From Vampirovibrio chlorellavorus (lineage in GTDB: Bacteria > Cyanobacteriota > Vampirovibrionia > Vampirovibrionales > Vampirovibrionaceae): a stretch of 64,000 bases of DNA. The position numbers and the translations under genes were made by a program. The notes below the pieces were generated by a model that saw nothing but the letters and a program-made list of their open reading frames with translations, had not been told where the DNA came from and did not search any database. This document shows, piece after piece, positions 19,192 through 29,054 of this stretch; the first letter of the stretch is position 1; each line of letters opens with the position of its first letter. The stretch is taken from NCBI GenBank assembly GCA_903866275.1, contig CAIPMU010000019.1, positions 34,763 to 98,762 on the forward strand. Direction: 5' to 3'.

Positions 19192-20361
19192 TTATACGCC
19201 GACCCTGACCTGAGCGCCTCGCGGAGCTCCAAAATTTGCCTCCGGCAAGCCTGAAATTGTGGCATTCACCATCAGCATTTGTTCAATCTTTTCAAAAACT
19301 TCGTGATTCAGGGCCAGCGTCAGATGATCGATGGCCGGATCATCGAGAATCAGGTTGTTCACCTCACAGGGCGCATCATTGGCAAGCTCCAGTACCCCTT
19401 TACGGAAATGCACCATGAAATCCCAGACCGTGAGCAGGCTATGATAGGCCACTTCTCGGGAATGCTGAACCACGTTGCGGTTCCAGTGAATCAATTCGTC
19501 AAACACCTTAGGCACAGGCTTATCCGGGTTGCCGGGCACCCAGATGTCCTTCAGCTGCTGAACACCTTCAGCCCCCAGGAATCCGGTCCCCAGAGACACC
19601 AGATTCTGGACGGCGGTTTTCGCGGTCAAGGTGCCTTGGGTTTCGAGCCAGTAATGGGTAATCAGTCCGCCCAGACAGTGTCCCACCACGTTAATTTTGG
19701 GGGCGTTGCACTTGTGCTGCAGAATCTCCACTTCGCGTTCCAGATGAGCAGCGGCAGTGGCCACGTCAGCCAATCCGTTTTCAGGCATGCTCATCACCGA
19801 GACGTTAAAGCCTTTTTGCTGAAAATATCCGTGCATCTCCCGAAAAAACACGCTGGGCGTATTCAGGCCCGGTACGATCAGGAGCGGCAATTCCTTGCTG
19901 TCGGGATGAACCGGCAGCTCGGTACTGGGCAGTTCCTTCACCGCAAAACAGCCCTGACGCTGCAAGGCGTAATAATCCTGACGAGCCAGTTTGCTGATTT
20001 TAGGCAAACGGCGAATGGCACTGAAGTAAGTCATCATGAACGCGCTGAAGTCGTTCAGCTGGCGTCGCTGACCGGGACTAATGAAATCACTGTTGAAATA
20101 GTCCTTGATGTTGCGAATTTCCATCACGGTCAAGCGCCGCTGAATGGGATTCAGCTTGATCAGGGCAGTAGCAATCATGCTGCCCACCGTAGAATACATC
20201 CACGGAATAGGTTTATGCCTGAACGCGGAAGAACGACCCAAAAGCAAGTCCACACATACGTTAATCGAGTACCTACCTTTTATAATACCACTTTCGATCC
20301 TGAAAAAATCAGTCATTCGGTGCAATTCAGAGTAGGCGGTTATTTGTGACAACCATTTCAA
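19192..20361 (-). CDS. Alpha/beta-hydrolase fold protein, lipase/esterase-like. The nucleophile-elbow pentapeptide carries Cys in place of Ser.
   Basis: INVVGHCLGGLITHYWLE is a G-H-C-L-G elbow (lipases have GHSxG). The listed start is TTG at 20361; an alternative ATG lies at 20316. Confidence 0.6.
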   Translation of the reverse strand: MKWLSQITAYSELHRMTDFFRIESGIIKGRYSINVCVDLLLGRSSAFRHKPIPWMYSTVGSMIATALIKLNPIQRRLTVMEIRNIKDYFNSDFISPGQRRQLNDFSAFMMTYFSAIRRLPKISKLARQDYYALQRQGCFAVKELPSTELPVHPDSKELPLLIVPGLNTPSVFFREMHGYFQQKGFNVSVMSMPENGLADVATAAAHLEREVEILQHKCNAPKINVVGHCLGGLITHYWLETQGTLTAKTAVQNLVSLGTGFLGAEGVQQLKDIWVPGNPDKPVPKVFDELIHWNRNVVQHSREVAYHSLLTVWDFMVHFRKGVLELANDAPCEVNNLILDDPAIDHLTLALNHEVFEKIEQMLMVNATISGLPEANFGAPRGAQVRVGV

Positions 20362-20982
20362 CCAAAGGCAGTCTCCGTGGGGTACTCATCCGATTTTACC
20401 CGAAGAAAAGCCTGCCCGAAAAGAAAAGCGGCGTTTCCAAACCTCGACAATTTTAGGTCAAATCACAATGGTGCGATTCTCTTTGGGAGAGCAACTCACA
20501 ACGGGCAAAGAAAAGGCCTGCATCGCTGCAAGCCCTGTGAATCAAAGATATTGGGATTATTGGGTTTATGGTGAACCTGTCAATGAAACCCGATGCAAGA
20601 CTCTTGTAAAATGAGCACAGCCAAGCCTGCCTGAAAGGCACCGCCAGACTTCACCCTGGAAAACCCCTTGATACCGATCAGAATCAGTTTACACAACCGT
20701 GAAACCGTTCTTTTCGAAAAGGTTTAGCCTGAAGTGCTTTTACAATTGTCCAGTTCGGGTGTGTGGCGATTGTTCAATGTGGAACTCTCTACTCTATTCT
20801 CCAGCAATAAACTCAACCATAGGATAGTTTAAGACCACTGGCTAAACAATTAGCCAGTTGGGCAGGTAGAAGCCCTTGCGTTTAGCCTGTTTGATAGCGT
20901 TCAGGAAGTAAAAATACACCACAACGCCCGCCAGAGTCGGTTATACGGACGCAAATAATCAAAAAGTCCGATCGGGTAAGCT

Positions 20983-21678
20983 TTAATTGACGTGCCGACT
21001 GATCTTCTTGATGGCCATATCGGCCCGCTGATTGATAGCCGGATCGGTTTGGGTTTTGGCCCACTTGAGGGCCTCCAGCACATCTGGCTCACTGAGACCA
21101 ATTTCGCCCAAGGCCCAGATCGCCAGGGCCACCACTTCCGGATTCTGATCGTTTCGGACGACCTGCACCAGCGGTGGGACGGCTTCGCTATATCGCAGGG
21201 TCCCCAGCTGCCAGGCCGCAATACAACGCGCATCATCGGCAGAATCCGGTTTGAGCAGTGCAATCAGATGAGGCACCACGGGCTTGCCAATCAGCCCCAA
21301 GGCTTCGGCAGCACTGGCAAAGACGTCATTATCCTGATCTTTCAAGGCATCCAGCAACACCGGGACGACTTCTTCCCGACCCGACATACCCAGCGCCTGC
21401 AACGAATAGGTTTTGACCGGAGGGGGTTCATTCTGGGCCAGTTGCTTCAGAAGATCCACGGCCCGCTCTCCACCAACTTTTCCGAGGGCCAGAGCGGCAG
21501 CACTGCGGACATCGGCCTCCTCATCGGCATCATTCAGGATTTCCTCTAAAACGGGGAGGCAGATGGGTTCAAATTTTTCCACCATGTATAGAATAGCGTT
21601 GAGGCGGCTGGAAGATGCGTATTCCTTTTGCCGGACAATATTGATGGCGGTTTCCAACGGTGTTGTATCGTCTTGCAT
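20983..21678 (-). CDS. HEAT-repeat (PBS-lyase-like) protein.
   Basis: Repeated ~30-aa units: DADEEADVRSAAALALGKVG / ERAVDLLKQLAQNEPPPVKTYSLQALGMSG / EEVVPVLLDALKDQDNDVFASAAEALGLIG / ARCIAAWQLGTLRYSEAVPPLVQVVRNDQNPEVVALAIWALGEIG. Confidence 0.7.
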   Translation of the reverse strand: MQDDTTPLETAINIVRQKEYASSSRLNAILYMVEKFEPICLPVLEEILNDADEEADVRSAAALALGKVGGERAVDLLKQLAQNEPPPVKTYSLQALGMSGREEVVPVLLDALKDQDNDVFASAAEALGLIGKPVVPHLIALLKPDSADDARCIAAWQLGTLRYSEAVPPLVQVVRNDQNPEVVALAIWALGEIGLSEPDVLEALKWAKTQTDPAINQRADMAIKKISRHVN

Positions 21679-21850
21679 AGTAGACTTTTATTTAAACCTC
21701 TTTTTTAAAACCTCGATGCGTTAAAATTGATGCATGGACTCTGACTGGAGTCAGCCTGAAATCCAGAAATTTAGAAATCCTAGTTCCTAATCATGAGTTG
21801 AGTTGGCGGGTGACCCGGTGCTAAAAGTCTCGCATTTACTGATTGCTGCA

Positions 21851-24800
21851 ATGCTAAGGCGTTCAAAGACAGGCCTGGGCCGAAAAGTGCGTTGTTTCTG
21901 TATTCTAATACTATTAACGCTCCCATTTCAACCGTTAGGGGCTGGACTGGAGACCGCTGAGGCTGCGGAACGACTGCCGATCGTACTGTTGCAAGAGTTA
22001 AAAAGCAACCCCGGATTTACCACATTGCTCAGTGCCATACAGGCCGCCGGGTTTGTACCACGCACGATCCGGGAAGACGATTTTTCCTTTAACATTACGC
22101 CGCAAAACAATCATACCGTGATTGTGCCGGTGGGCAACCACATCAGTCCGGAAGCCATGAACCAGTTGACCCACTATGTGGCCAAAGGCGGACGGTTGAT
22201 CATCATCCCCTTGGGCACAACCCCGGACGCCTCGGTAGTCCGTCTCTTATCGCTGGTTGAATTGCCGATTGGACAGTGGGTTCACGCCCCGGCCGGGTTG
22301 CCCCTGAACTGGAAAGGGCTGGCACAAGGCAGCGGAGAAAGTCTGCCACAGGAAAGCGCCCTGCTACGGATTCAGCCCAATCTGCAAACCACGATTCTAG
22401 CCACCTGGGGCTCCGATCTGCCCGCTATTGCGACCACCAGCAAGGGTGCGCTTCTCAACTGGCGATGGGGTCAGCAACTGTCCAGCACCGTAAACACCAT
22501 TGCCTTGGCCAAGGTGGTCTATCCGGGACGCCCCGATCCACTGATCCTGATGCAACAGGAAGACAACGACACCAGCCCGAAGGCCCCAACAGCGCCAACA
22601 GAGGAGCTGATGCCCCCTGCCCCGGTAAGTACCCGAAAAGCTTTACCCTCACCCTCGGGTTCTTCCTCAACGCTAACGGATGAAACCGCACAGCCGCAAA
22701 CTATACCAACGCAATCCATTCCAATTGCCAGGCCTGCAATGCCTTCAGCAGCTGTGCCCATCGGTCAACCTGATGGTTCTCCGGGAGTTAGCCCCTCCTT
22801 GGCGGGACAAAAGAACTCTTCTGAAACAAGCCACATGTCAGCTGCCAAGCCGAATACCGCCTCAAAAAAAACGGTGGCTGGAGCCAAAGCAACCAGTAAG
22901 GGCAAAGACAACGACGACGACGAAGTCCTCAATAATATTCTGGGCTTACCCGGCGGAGATTCGCCGAAGTCCGAGCCATCGGACGATATACAAAAAAGTG
23001 AGCCATCGGGCACTCAATCACCCGACAATAAACCAACCACTGAGGCTTCGGGAAGCACCCCGATGACCTCGCCCAAGAATCAGCAACATTTCAGCTTTCT
23101 GGACCCCGATGCTGCCTCTGTGCTCGCTCCGGCGTTTGATTACGGCGTATACTCCATGAACCTGCGCAAGCTGGATGATTACAAACGCCGGGTGAAAGAC
23201 GCGCTGGAAGCCGGACGACAACTCTCCCTCAATTTGCCCGAGGCACAGGTGAACGTCTTGCTGAAGGAATCGGATCTGCACAAGCGCAAGTTTGAATCGT
23301 TATACCTGTCTGGTCAAACCCAAGCAGGACTGGATGAAAACACCCTGGCGCATCACTCTGCATTGCAAGCGTTGGCCTTAACCACAACGTCCCCCAGAGT
23401 GGAAGGCCGCGCGATCTGGCTGGATCGGGGCAGTATTATCGCTAGTGGTGGCCCCGAAGGATTGAAAAAACGGATGCAAAAACTGCATCAGGCTGGCATT
23501 AACATTGTCTATTTCGAAACCGTCAACGCCGGTTTCCCGATTTATCCCAGCAAGCTGGTCAAGCACAACCCACTGGTCAACAACTGGGATCCCTTGAAAG
23601 TAGCAGTGGAAGAGGGGCATAAGCAAGGCATGGAAGTACATGCCTGGGTGTGGGCCTTCGCCGTCGGAAACCGTCGTCACAATGCCATCATCAACCAGCC
23701 CGAGGAGTACGCCGGTCCCATCCTCACTGAGGGCGGGATGATGAGCGAGGCGCTCCGCAACCACGAAGGCGGGCTGTCCGTGGATAGCCGTCAGCATGAG
23801 TTCTGGTTGAGCCCGGCCAGTCCCAAAGGTCGGGAATTCCTGCTCAACCTCTATCAGGAGATTGTCAGCAATTACGACGTCGATGGGCTTCAACTGGATT
23901 ATATCCGCTATCCTTTCCAGACCTCCGGCAACCGGATGGGCTATGAGGCCATTGGGCGTGAGCGTTTTGCCCAGGCGACCGGGCAAAGCCTGGACAGTGG
24001 GGATGACTACAACAATCGCATCTGGACCGCCTGGAAGACCTATCAGGTCAGCTCATTCGTCCAACAGGTCTCCAACACCCTGAAAAAAATCAAACCGGAA
24101 CTGAAGCTGTCGGCGGCCGTTTTCCCCATGCATCGGGAGGCAAGAATCGCGGCCATTCAGCAGGACTGGGAAACCTGGATCGACAACGGCTGGATCGACA
24201 CCCTGAGTCCGATGTCCTATACTTCCGATCCCGAGCGCTTGCAGGATCTGTTTGAGTACGTGCAGCACTCCCCCCGCAAGCACCCGCTGGTCTATCCGGG
24301 CATCGCCCTGCACCGGCTGGATGGGGGTCAACTGGTGCAACACCTGGAAGCGTTGCGCCAAAAGGGTGGTTTAGGCACCACACTGTTTGCCGGTTCGCAT
24401 CTGGATGACGACAAGGCAGGCACACTGGCGGCTGGCCCGTTCAAATCTACCGACAGCATGACGCCTCACCATGATGTGGTGAAATCCATGCAAGCCATTG
24501 TGGCCGACTATCAGGAGAAACTCACCGGCTTGCAACAGAATGGTAGCGTCACCACGCTATCGCCACAACAACAGGAGGCCCTGCAAGCCGCCTTGCAGCA
24601 GTTTAACGCCTCTCTGGCTGCGTTAGGTTCCGGGCGGCCACTGAGTGGCATTTCACACGCCAAATTACAAGTCGCGGAGCAGGCCCTGCGTCACCTCAGC
24701 CAAATTAGCCAAAGCTGGAGCGACGTGGATAAAACGGCCAGCCCCTATCGGGCTGCGTATTTTGAACGCGATCTGTTGTTGCTGAACGAATTAATGGGCT

Positions 24801-24955
24801 ATACAGCAGACAAACTGGGTTTGAAAACTGAAAACACCCTGACCCTGCAGGAGATCAAGCCATCGGCATCAGCCCCGACAGAGGCGGAACAGGCGCCCTT
24901 GACCCATGCTACCCCAGCGACCTCAATCAAGGAAGACAGTGATAGCATGCCTTAA
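21851..24955 (+). CDS. Large secreted protein (~1034 aa) with a glycoside-hydrolase-like family 10 TIM-barrel domain (GHL10, YngK-like), a long Pro/Ser/Thr-rich disordered region and a C-terminal helical region.
   Basis: GHL10 core: RAIWLDRGSIIASGGPEGLKKRMQKLHQAGINIVYFETVNAGFPIYPSKLV..GHKQGMEVHAWVWAFAVGN..DVDGLQLDYIRYP. The signal peptide MLRRSKTGLGRKVRCFCILILLTLPFQPLGAG runs from the ATG at 21851; the listed TTG at 21803 is less likely. Confidence 0.7.
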   Translation: MLRRSKTGLGRKVRCFCILILLTLPFQPLGAGLETAEAAERLPIVLLQELKSNPGFTTLLSAIQAAGFVPRTIREDDFSFNITPQNNHTVIVPVGNHISPEAMNQLTHYVAKGGRLIIIPLGTTPDASVVRLLSLVELPIGQWVHAPAGLPLNWKGLAQGSGESLPQESALLRIQPNLQTTILATWGSDLPAIATTSKGALLNWRWGQQLSSTVNTIALAKVVYPGRPDPLILMQQEDNDTSPKAPTAPTEELMPPAPVSTRKALPSPSGSSSTLTDETAQPQTIPTQSIPIARPAMPSAAVPIGQPDGSPGVSPSLAGQKNSSETSHMSAAKPNTASKKTVAGAKATSKGKDNDDDEVLNNILGLPGGDSPKSEPSDDIQKSEPSGTQSPDNKPTTEASGSTPMTSPKNQQHFSFLDPDAASVLAPAFDYGVYSMNLRKLDDYKRRVKDALEAGRQLSLNLPEAQVNVLLKESDLHKRKFESLYLSGQTQAGLDENTLAHHSALQALALTTTSPRVEGRAIWLDRGSIIASGGPEGLKKRMQKLHQAGINIVYFETVNAGFPIYPSKLVKHNPLVNNWDPLKVAVEEGHKQGMEVHAWVWAFAVGNRRHNAIINQPEEYAGPILTEGGMMSEALRNHEGGLSVDSRQHEFWLSPASPKGREFLLNLYQEIVSNYDVDGLQLDYIRYPFQTSGNRMGYEAIGRERFAQATGQSLDSGDDYNNRIWTAWKTYQVSSFVQQVSNTLKKIKPELKLSAAVFPMHREARIAAIQQDWETWIDNGWIDTLSPMSYTSDPERLQDLFEYVQHSPRKHPLVYPGIALHRLDGGQLVQHLEALRQKGGLGTTLFAGSHLDDDKAGTLAAGPFKSTDSMTPHHDVVKSMQAIVADYQEKLTGLQQNGSVTTLSPQQQEALQAALQQFNASLAALGSGRPLSGISHAKLQVAEQALRHLSQISQSWSDVDKTASPYRAAYFERDLLLLNELMGYTADKLGLKTENTLTLQEIKPSASAPTEAEQAPLTHATPATSIKEDSDSMP

Positions 24956-25303
24956 GGCGTGTTGCACTGAAGTCAACCAGACACTCCAGCAATTGCCTCC
25001 ATTTTAGATTCGGATGCGTGTTGATTTGACCTGAAATTCTCATGGTTCCCTCTCTAAACGGCGGAAAGTGACGGATCCACCTGCTTTATGTTGTTTTTAA
25101 ATATTTACAAAAAATAAAGCAATGCGTGTCTTTAAAATGTTTTTATTTAAAAAGAGCGCATATCTGAATTATTGATCCATGATGCATAAATAACCACACG
25201 AAGAGAGACTATTTTCGAATTGTTTAAGGGAAACAATGCACCCGTGGCCTAATGTGCTTCCCCTTTCCTGACCGCAAGCCCTTACAAATGCTTGCCGTAA
25301 CTG

Positions 25304-26257
25304 TTGATTGGAGCGACAACCTTGCTATCTCTCTACGATTCAGCCTATTCAGCATCATCGGCTACCAGCCCACCGGCCAAAACCGGCAGCGCTACACCGG
25401 TCAACACGGCAGCGCCAAAACCTAATTCCGCCGTGGCTGCTCAAGGCAGTTCGCCTGCATCAGCCAGTATACCCAACGCCTCCATGATGCAACTGCTGCA
25501 ACTGACGGTTGAGTTCCTGAAACTGGCAATGAGCGATATGACATCCACGTTACCGGGAGCAACTGCAAGCCCGTCCGCAGCTGGTGGTTCACTCACTCCT
25601 ACAGGGTCTCCCACGATTGCTGGCACTGCCGCCAGCAGCCCAGGTTCAGGCGCAATGGTACCGACCGGTGGTCAGGTAACTACTGCACCGTCTCAACCTG
25701 CAACATCCAGTGCCCCGACCGCTCCGGCAATACCCGTAACAGGGAAGCACCAGCCGGTGGTGGCAGAAATTGATGATTTTACCACGGATAATACCGGCTT
25801 TAACCACGGGGCAGAAATCGCCAATACGCTCAATCCCGATGGCAGCGTGAACGTCCTGAAATTCAATATCGGCGGCAGCGGGGATCGCTTGGCCAAGATT
25901 GCCAACTCGCTGGATACCGTCATTGCCCGTGTCAAAAATGGTGAAACCATCGACGCTGTAAACTTATCGCAGCAGGATTTCAGCAATAGCCCGGAAACCG
26001 CACAGGTACGCGCCAAAATCGATGAACTCGCAGCATTGGGTGTTCCGGTTGCGGTGGCTGCGGGAAACAACGGACCCAGTCAGCATAATTCACTGATTTC
26101 CAATAAAGCCTTTGCGGTGCAATCCGCCACCAATGGACTGGCCAATCCCAACTCTGGCTTGGGTAATGTCACTGCCGAAGGACGAACAACGTCCTTTGCC
26201 ACTGCCAACTTCACACGACAACTTGCTTTCAGTCGAGCATCGAGACAACAAGTTTAA
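25304..26257 (+). CDS. Ser/Ala/Thr/Pro-rich protein with a minimal, apparently C-terminally truncated subtilase (peptidase S8)-fold domain; possible pseudo-protease or gene remnant.
   Basis: Stretches align to subtilisin: ..NHGAEIANTL (like HGTHVAGT); NVLKFNIGGSGDRLAKIANSLDTVI (like [23 protein letters not shown]); GVPVAVAAGNNGP (like VVVVAAAGNEG); GRTTSFATA (like GTSMASP). The ORF ends ~15 aa after the Ser motif, where subtilisins continue for ~55 aa. The start is TTG. Confidence 0.45.
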   Translation: MIGATTLLSLYDSAYSASSATSPPAKTGSATPVNTAAPKPNSAVAAQGSSPASASIPNASMMQLLQLTVEFLKLAMSDMTSTLPGATASPSAAGGSLTPTGSPTIAGTAASSPGSGAMVPTGGQVTTAPSQPATSSAPTAPAIPVTGKHQPVVAEIDDFTTDNTGFNHGAEIANTLNPDGSVNVLKFNIGGSGDRLAKIANSLDTVIARVKNGETIDAVNLSQQDFSNSPETAQVRAKIDELAALGVPVAVAAGNNGPSQHNSLISNKAFAVQSATNGLANPNSGLGNVTAEGRTTSFATANFTRQLAFSRASRQQV

Positions 26258-26279
26258 AGAGAGAGAGAGAGAGAGAGAG
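26258..26279. repeat. (AG)11 dinucleotide microsatellite.
   Basis: agagagagagagagagagagag lies immediately 3' of the TAA stop at 26255-26257. Confidence 0.9.
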
Positions 26280-26314
26280 GGTGTGTACCTGCTCAATCAG
26301 AAGCAGGCACAATC

Positions 26315-26343
26315 AAAAGGAAGGCGAATGCCTTCCTTTTGTG
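26315..26343. terminator. Probable bidirectional Rho-independent terminator between the convergent subtilase-like gene and sucD.
   Basis: aaaaGGAAGGCgaatGCCTTCCtttt: a 7-bp stem with a 4-nt loop, flanked by an A-run and a T-run. Confidence 0.55.
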
Positions 26344-26366
26344 ATGTTGAATGGTGCTAAGCCTAA

Positions 26367-27266
26367 CTAAACCAGTGCAAGGGCACCCAGTTTTTGGGCC
26401 ATCGTTTCGCCCATTTTGGCGGGGCTTTCCACCACGGTGATGCCAGCGGCTTGCAGGGCTTTCATTTTTTCAGCGGCCGTGCCGTGACCACCGGAAATAA
26501 TGGCGCCCGCGTGGCCCATGCGCTTGCCGGGAGGGGCGGTTTGTCCAGCGATGAAGCAAACAATGGGTTTGGTCACATGCTTTTTGGCGAACTCGGCCGC
26601 TTCTTCCTCGGCGGAACCGCCAATTTCGCCGATCATGATGATGGCTTTGGTTTCCGGGTCGGATTGGAACAAGGTCAGCGCATCGATGAAGTTGGTGCCG
26701 TTGATGGGGTCGCCACCAATACCGATGCAGGTGGATTGGCCAATACCGCGCTGAGTGAGCTGATCCACAGCCTCATAGGTCAGTGTGCCGGAGCGGGAAA
26801 CCACGCCCACCGGGCCTTTTTTGTGAATGGAACCGGGCATAATGCCAATTTTGGCCAGATCCGGAGAAATAACGCCGGGGCAGTTGGGGCCGATGAGGCG
26901 GGTATTGGGGAAGTCACGCAGGAACTGCTTCACGCCCATCATATCATTCACCGGAATGCCTTCGGTGATGCAGACCACCAGCTCAATGCCAGCCGCCGTG
27001 GCTTCCATAATGGCGTCCGCTGCAAATGGCGGGGGCACGAAGATCATCGTGGCGTTTGCCCCAGTGGCCTCGCGGGCTTCTTTAACGGTGTTGAACACGG
27101 GAATCGGCGCACCGTTAACCTCCACGGTGGTGCCGCCCTTGCCGGGGGTAACGCCGCCGACCACATTGGTGCCGTACTTGGCGCAACCTTCCGCATGGAA
27201 GTGGCCTTCTTTTCCGGTAATCCCCTGAACGATGAGTTTGGTATTTTTAGTTACAAGTACTGCCAT
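26367..27266 (-). CDS. sucD: Succinyl-CoA synthetase alpha subunit.
   Basis: N-terminus [46 protein letters not shown], with the phospho-His region and CoA-binding motifs. Confidence 0.9.
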   Translation of the reverse strand: MAVLVTKNTKLIVQGITGKEGHFHAEGCAKYGTNVVGGVTPGKGGTTVEVNGAPIPVFNTVKEAREATGANATMIFVPPPFAADAIMEATAAGIELVVCITEGIPVNDMMGVKQFLRDFPNTRLIGPNCPGVISPDLAKIGIMPGSIHKKGPVGVVSRSGTLTYEAVDQLTQRGIGQSTCIGIGGDPINGTNFIDALTLFQSDPETKAIIMIGEIGGSAEEEAAEFAKKHVTKPIVCFIAGQTAPPGKRMGHAGAIISGGHGTAAEKMKALQAAGITVVESPAKMGETMAQKLGALALV

Positions 27267-27341
27267 TATTAGTTCCTTTTTGAATAAAATGCTTAAATTT
27301 AAAATAATCAGGTAAGTAAAGAGTAAATTTTATTCAACTAT

Positions 27342-27626
27342 TCACAAAATCTCATGAGCAAATTGACAAAGAAAACCTAATAGGATACATCCTAGTCCTA
27401 TTTTTGACATTAATGCATGATATTTTTTTTTCATTCTTGTTTCTTGATCATGTTCAGCACAAGTTCTTCCATCCGCAAATATTGAGTTGTCTTCAAGAGC
27501 CAAATATGTGCCTTCCTCAAAAGAGGGTTGAGGTGGACCCCAAATAAAAATTATGATTGTTCCGACGATGGAACAAAAAAGCCCAAATGGATTTAGCCAT
27601 ATTTTCAAAAAAATAATATCGACCAA
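27342..27626 (-). CDS. Hypothetical small membrane protein (94 aa, two predicted TM helices) inside an AT-rich insertion between sucC and sucD.
   Basis: Hydrophobic stretches IIFLKIWLNPFGLFCSIVGTIIIFIWG and IGLGCILLGFLCQFAHEIL. TTG start and ~33% GC. Its coding status is uncertain. Confidence 0.3.
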   Translation of the reverse strand: MVDIIFLKIWLNPFGLFCSIVGTIIIFIWGPPQPSFEEGTYLALEDNSIFADGRTCAEHDQETRMKKKYHALMSKIGLGCILLGFLCQFAHEIL

Positions 27627-27712
27627 AATTTATAACCTTTGAAATTATAATTATGGATTTCCCAAGTGCTCAAAATTATGTTCAAACACTTGGGAAATCA
27701 GAAAAAGAGAAA

Positions 27713-28897
27713 TTAACCTACAGCAACGGGCTGCTTCAAAAAGCCGGAGACTTTTTCGGCGCCTTCTTCCATGGTTTCGGCCACGGCATATTGAATACCG
27801 GACTCGGCCAGGATTTGCTTGCCTTGCTCCACGTTGGTGCCTTTCATGCGGATCACCAGCGGCAGATGCAGCTCCAGTTTACGGGCGGCCTTGACCACGC
27901 CTTCTGCCAACTTGTCGCAACGCAGAATCCCGCCGAAGATGTTGATGAAAACCACTTTCACGCTCTCATCGCTGAGCAGAATGCGGAAGGCGTTCTCCAG
28001 CGCTTCATCAGTGGCACTGCCGCCCACATCCAGAAAGTTCGCGGGGGCTGCGCCGTACTGCTTGATGATGTCCATGGTAGCCATCGCCAGACCAGCGCCA
28101 TTGACGAGGCAACCCACGTTGCCTTCCAGCTTGATGTAGTTCAGGTTGTAGCGGCTGGCTTCCACTTCCAGCGGATCTTCCTCATCGGTATCGCGGTAGG
28201 ACACAATGTCGGCGTGGCGGAACAGGGCGTTGGAATCAAAGCCCACTTTGGCATCCAGCGCGAACACGCGGTTATCTTTAGTCACGACCAGCGGATTGAC
28301 TTCCACCATCGCGCAATCGGCTTCGATAAAGCACTTGTACAGATTGCTGATCAGTTGCAGCGCATCTTTCATGCCCTCTTTGGGGATGTCCAGCGCGTAA
28401 GCAATCTTGCGGGCCTGATACGGCTGCAAACCCAGCGTGGGGTGCACATGCTCTTTCAGGATACGCTCAGGGGTTTTCTCGGCGACTTCTTCAATGTCCA
28501 TGCCGCCATCCTGGCTGACCATGAACACCGGGGAAGACGTGGCCCGGTCCAGCACGATGCTGATGTACAGCTCGCGTGCAATGGCAGAGGCTTCTTCCAC
28601 CAGCACGGACTTCACTTTTTTGCCTTCGGGACCAGTCTGGTGCGTCACCAGCTGCATGCCCAGGATCTGTTTGGCGGCTTCGCGAACGCCTTCCAGAGAA
28701 TCCACCACTTTGACGCCGCCGCCCTTGCCGCGCCCACCGGCGTGAATCTGGGCTTTCACCACGTAGCGGTTGTCCGGGGTTTTCAGGATTTGCGCGACCT
28801 GCACGGCTTCATCCGGGCTAAAAGCCACCTGGCCGTTGGGCACCGGAATGTTGTACTTGCGGAACAGTTCCTTGGCTTGGTACTCATGGATTTTCAT
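27713..28897 (-). CDS. sucC: Succinyl-CoA synthetase beta subunit (ATP-grasp).
   Basis: N-terminus [34 protein letters not shown] start. Confidence 0.9.
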   Translation of the reverse strand: MKIHEYQAKELFRKYNIPVPNGQVAFSPDEAVQVAQILKTPDNRYVVKAQIHAGGRGKGGGVKVVDSLEGVREAAKQILGMQLVTHQTGPEGKKVKSVLVEEASAIARELYISIVLDRATSSPVFMVSQDGGMDIEEVAEKTPERILKEHVHPTLGLQPYQARKIAYALDIPKEGMKDALQLISNLYKCFIEADCAMVEVNPLVVTKDNRVFALDAKVGFDSNALFRHADIVSYRDTDEEDPLEVEASRYNLNYIKLEGNVGCLVNGAGLAMATMDIIKQYGAAPANFLDVGGSATDEALENAFRILLSDESVKVVFINIFGGILRCDKLAEGVVKAARKLELHLPLVIRMKGTNVEQGKQILAESGIQYAVAETMEEGAEKVSGFLKQPVAVG

Positions 28898-29054
28898 GTG
28901 GGGACCTCTGCATCTCTAATGCTCAAAACAGTTCAAAAAATAGACTAAACTCAAAACCCGAGCCACCTGAGCGGGCATCAAACCCGACTTGCGGCAAACA
29001 CAGCCCGAGCCCGCCTAATCAGGTGTAATGCCTGTTTAGGCCTGAGCCAGAACC

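Noticed and set aside
20835-20861. 11/12-bp inverted repeat (CCACTGGCTAA-acaa-TTAGCCAGTTGG) in the 620-bp spacer between the HEAT gene and the lipase-like gene.
   Set aside because: It is not followed by a T-tract on the relevant (minus) strand and no flanking promoter elements were recognised. It is probably a chance or minor regulatory hairpin.
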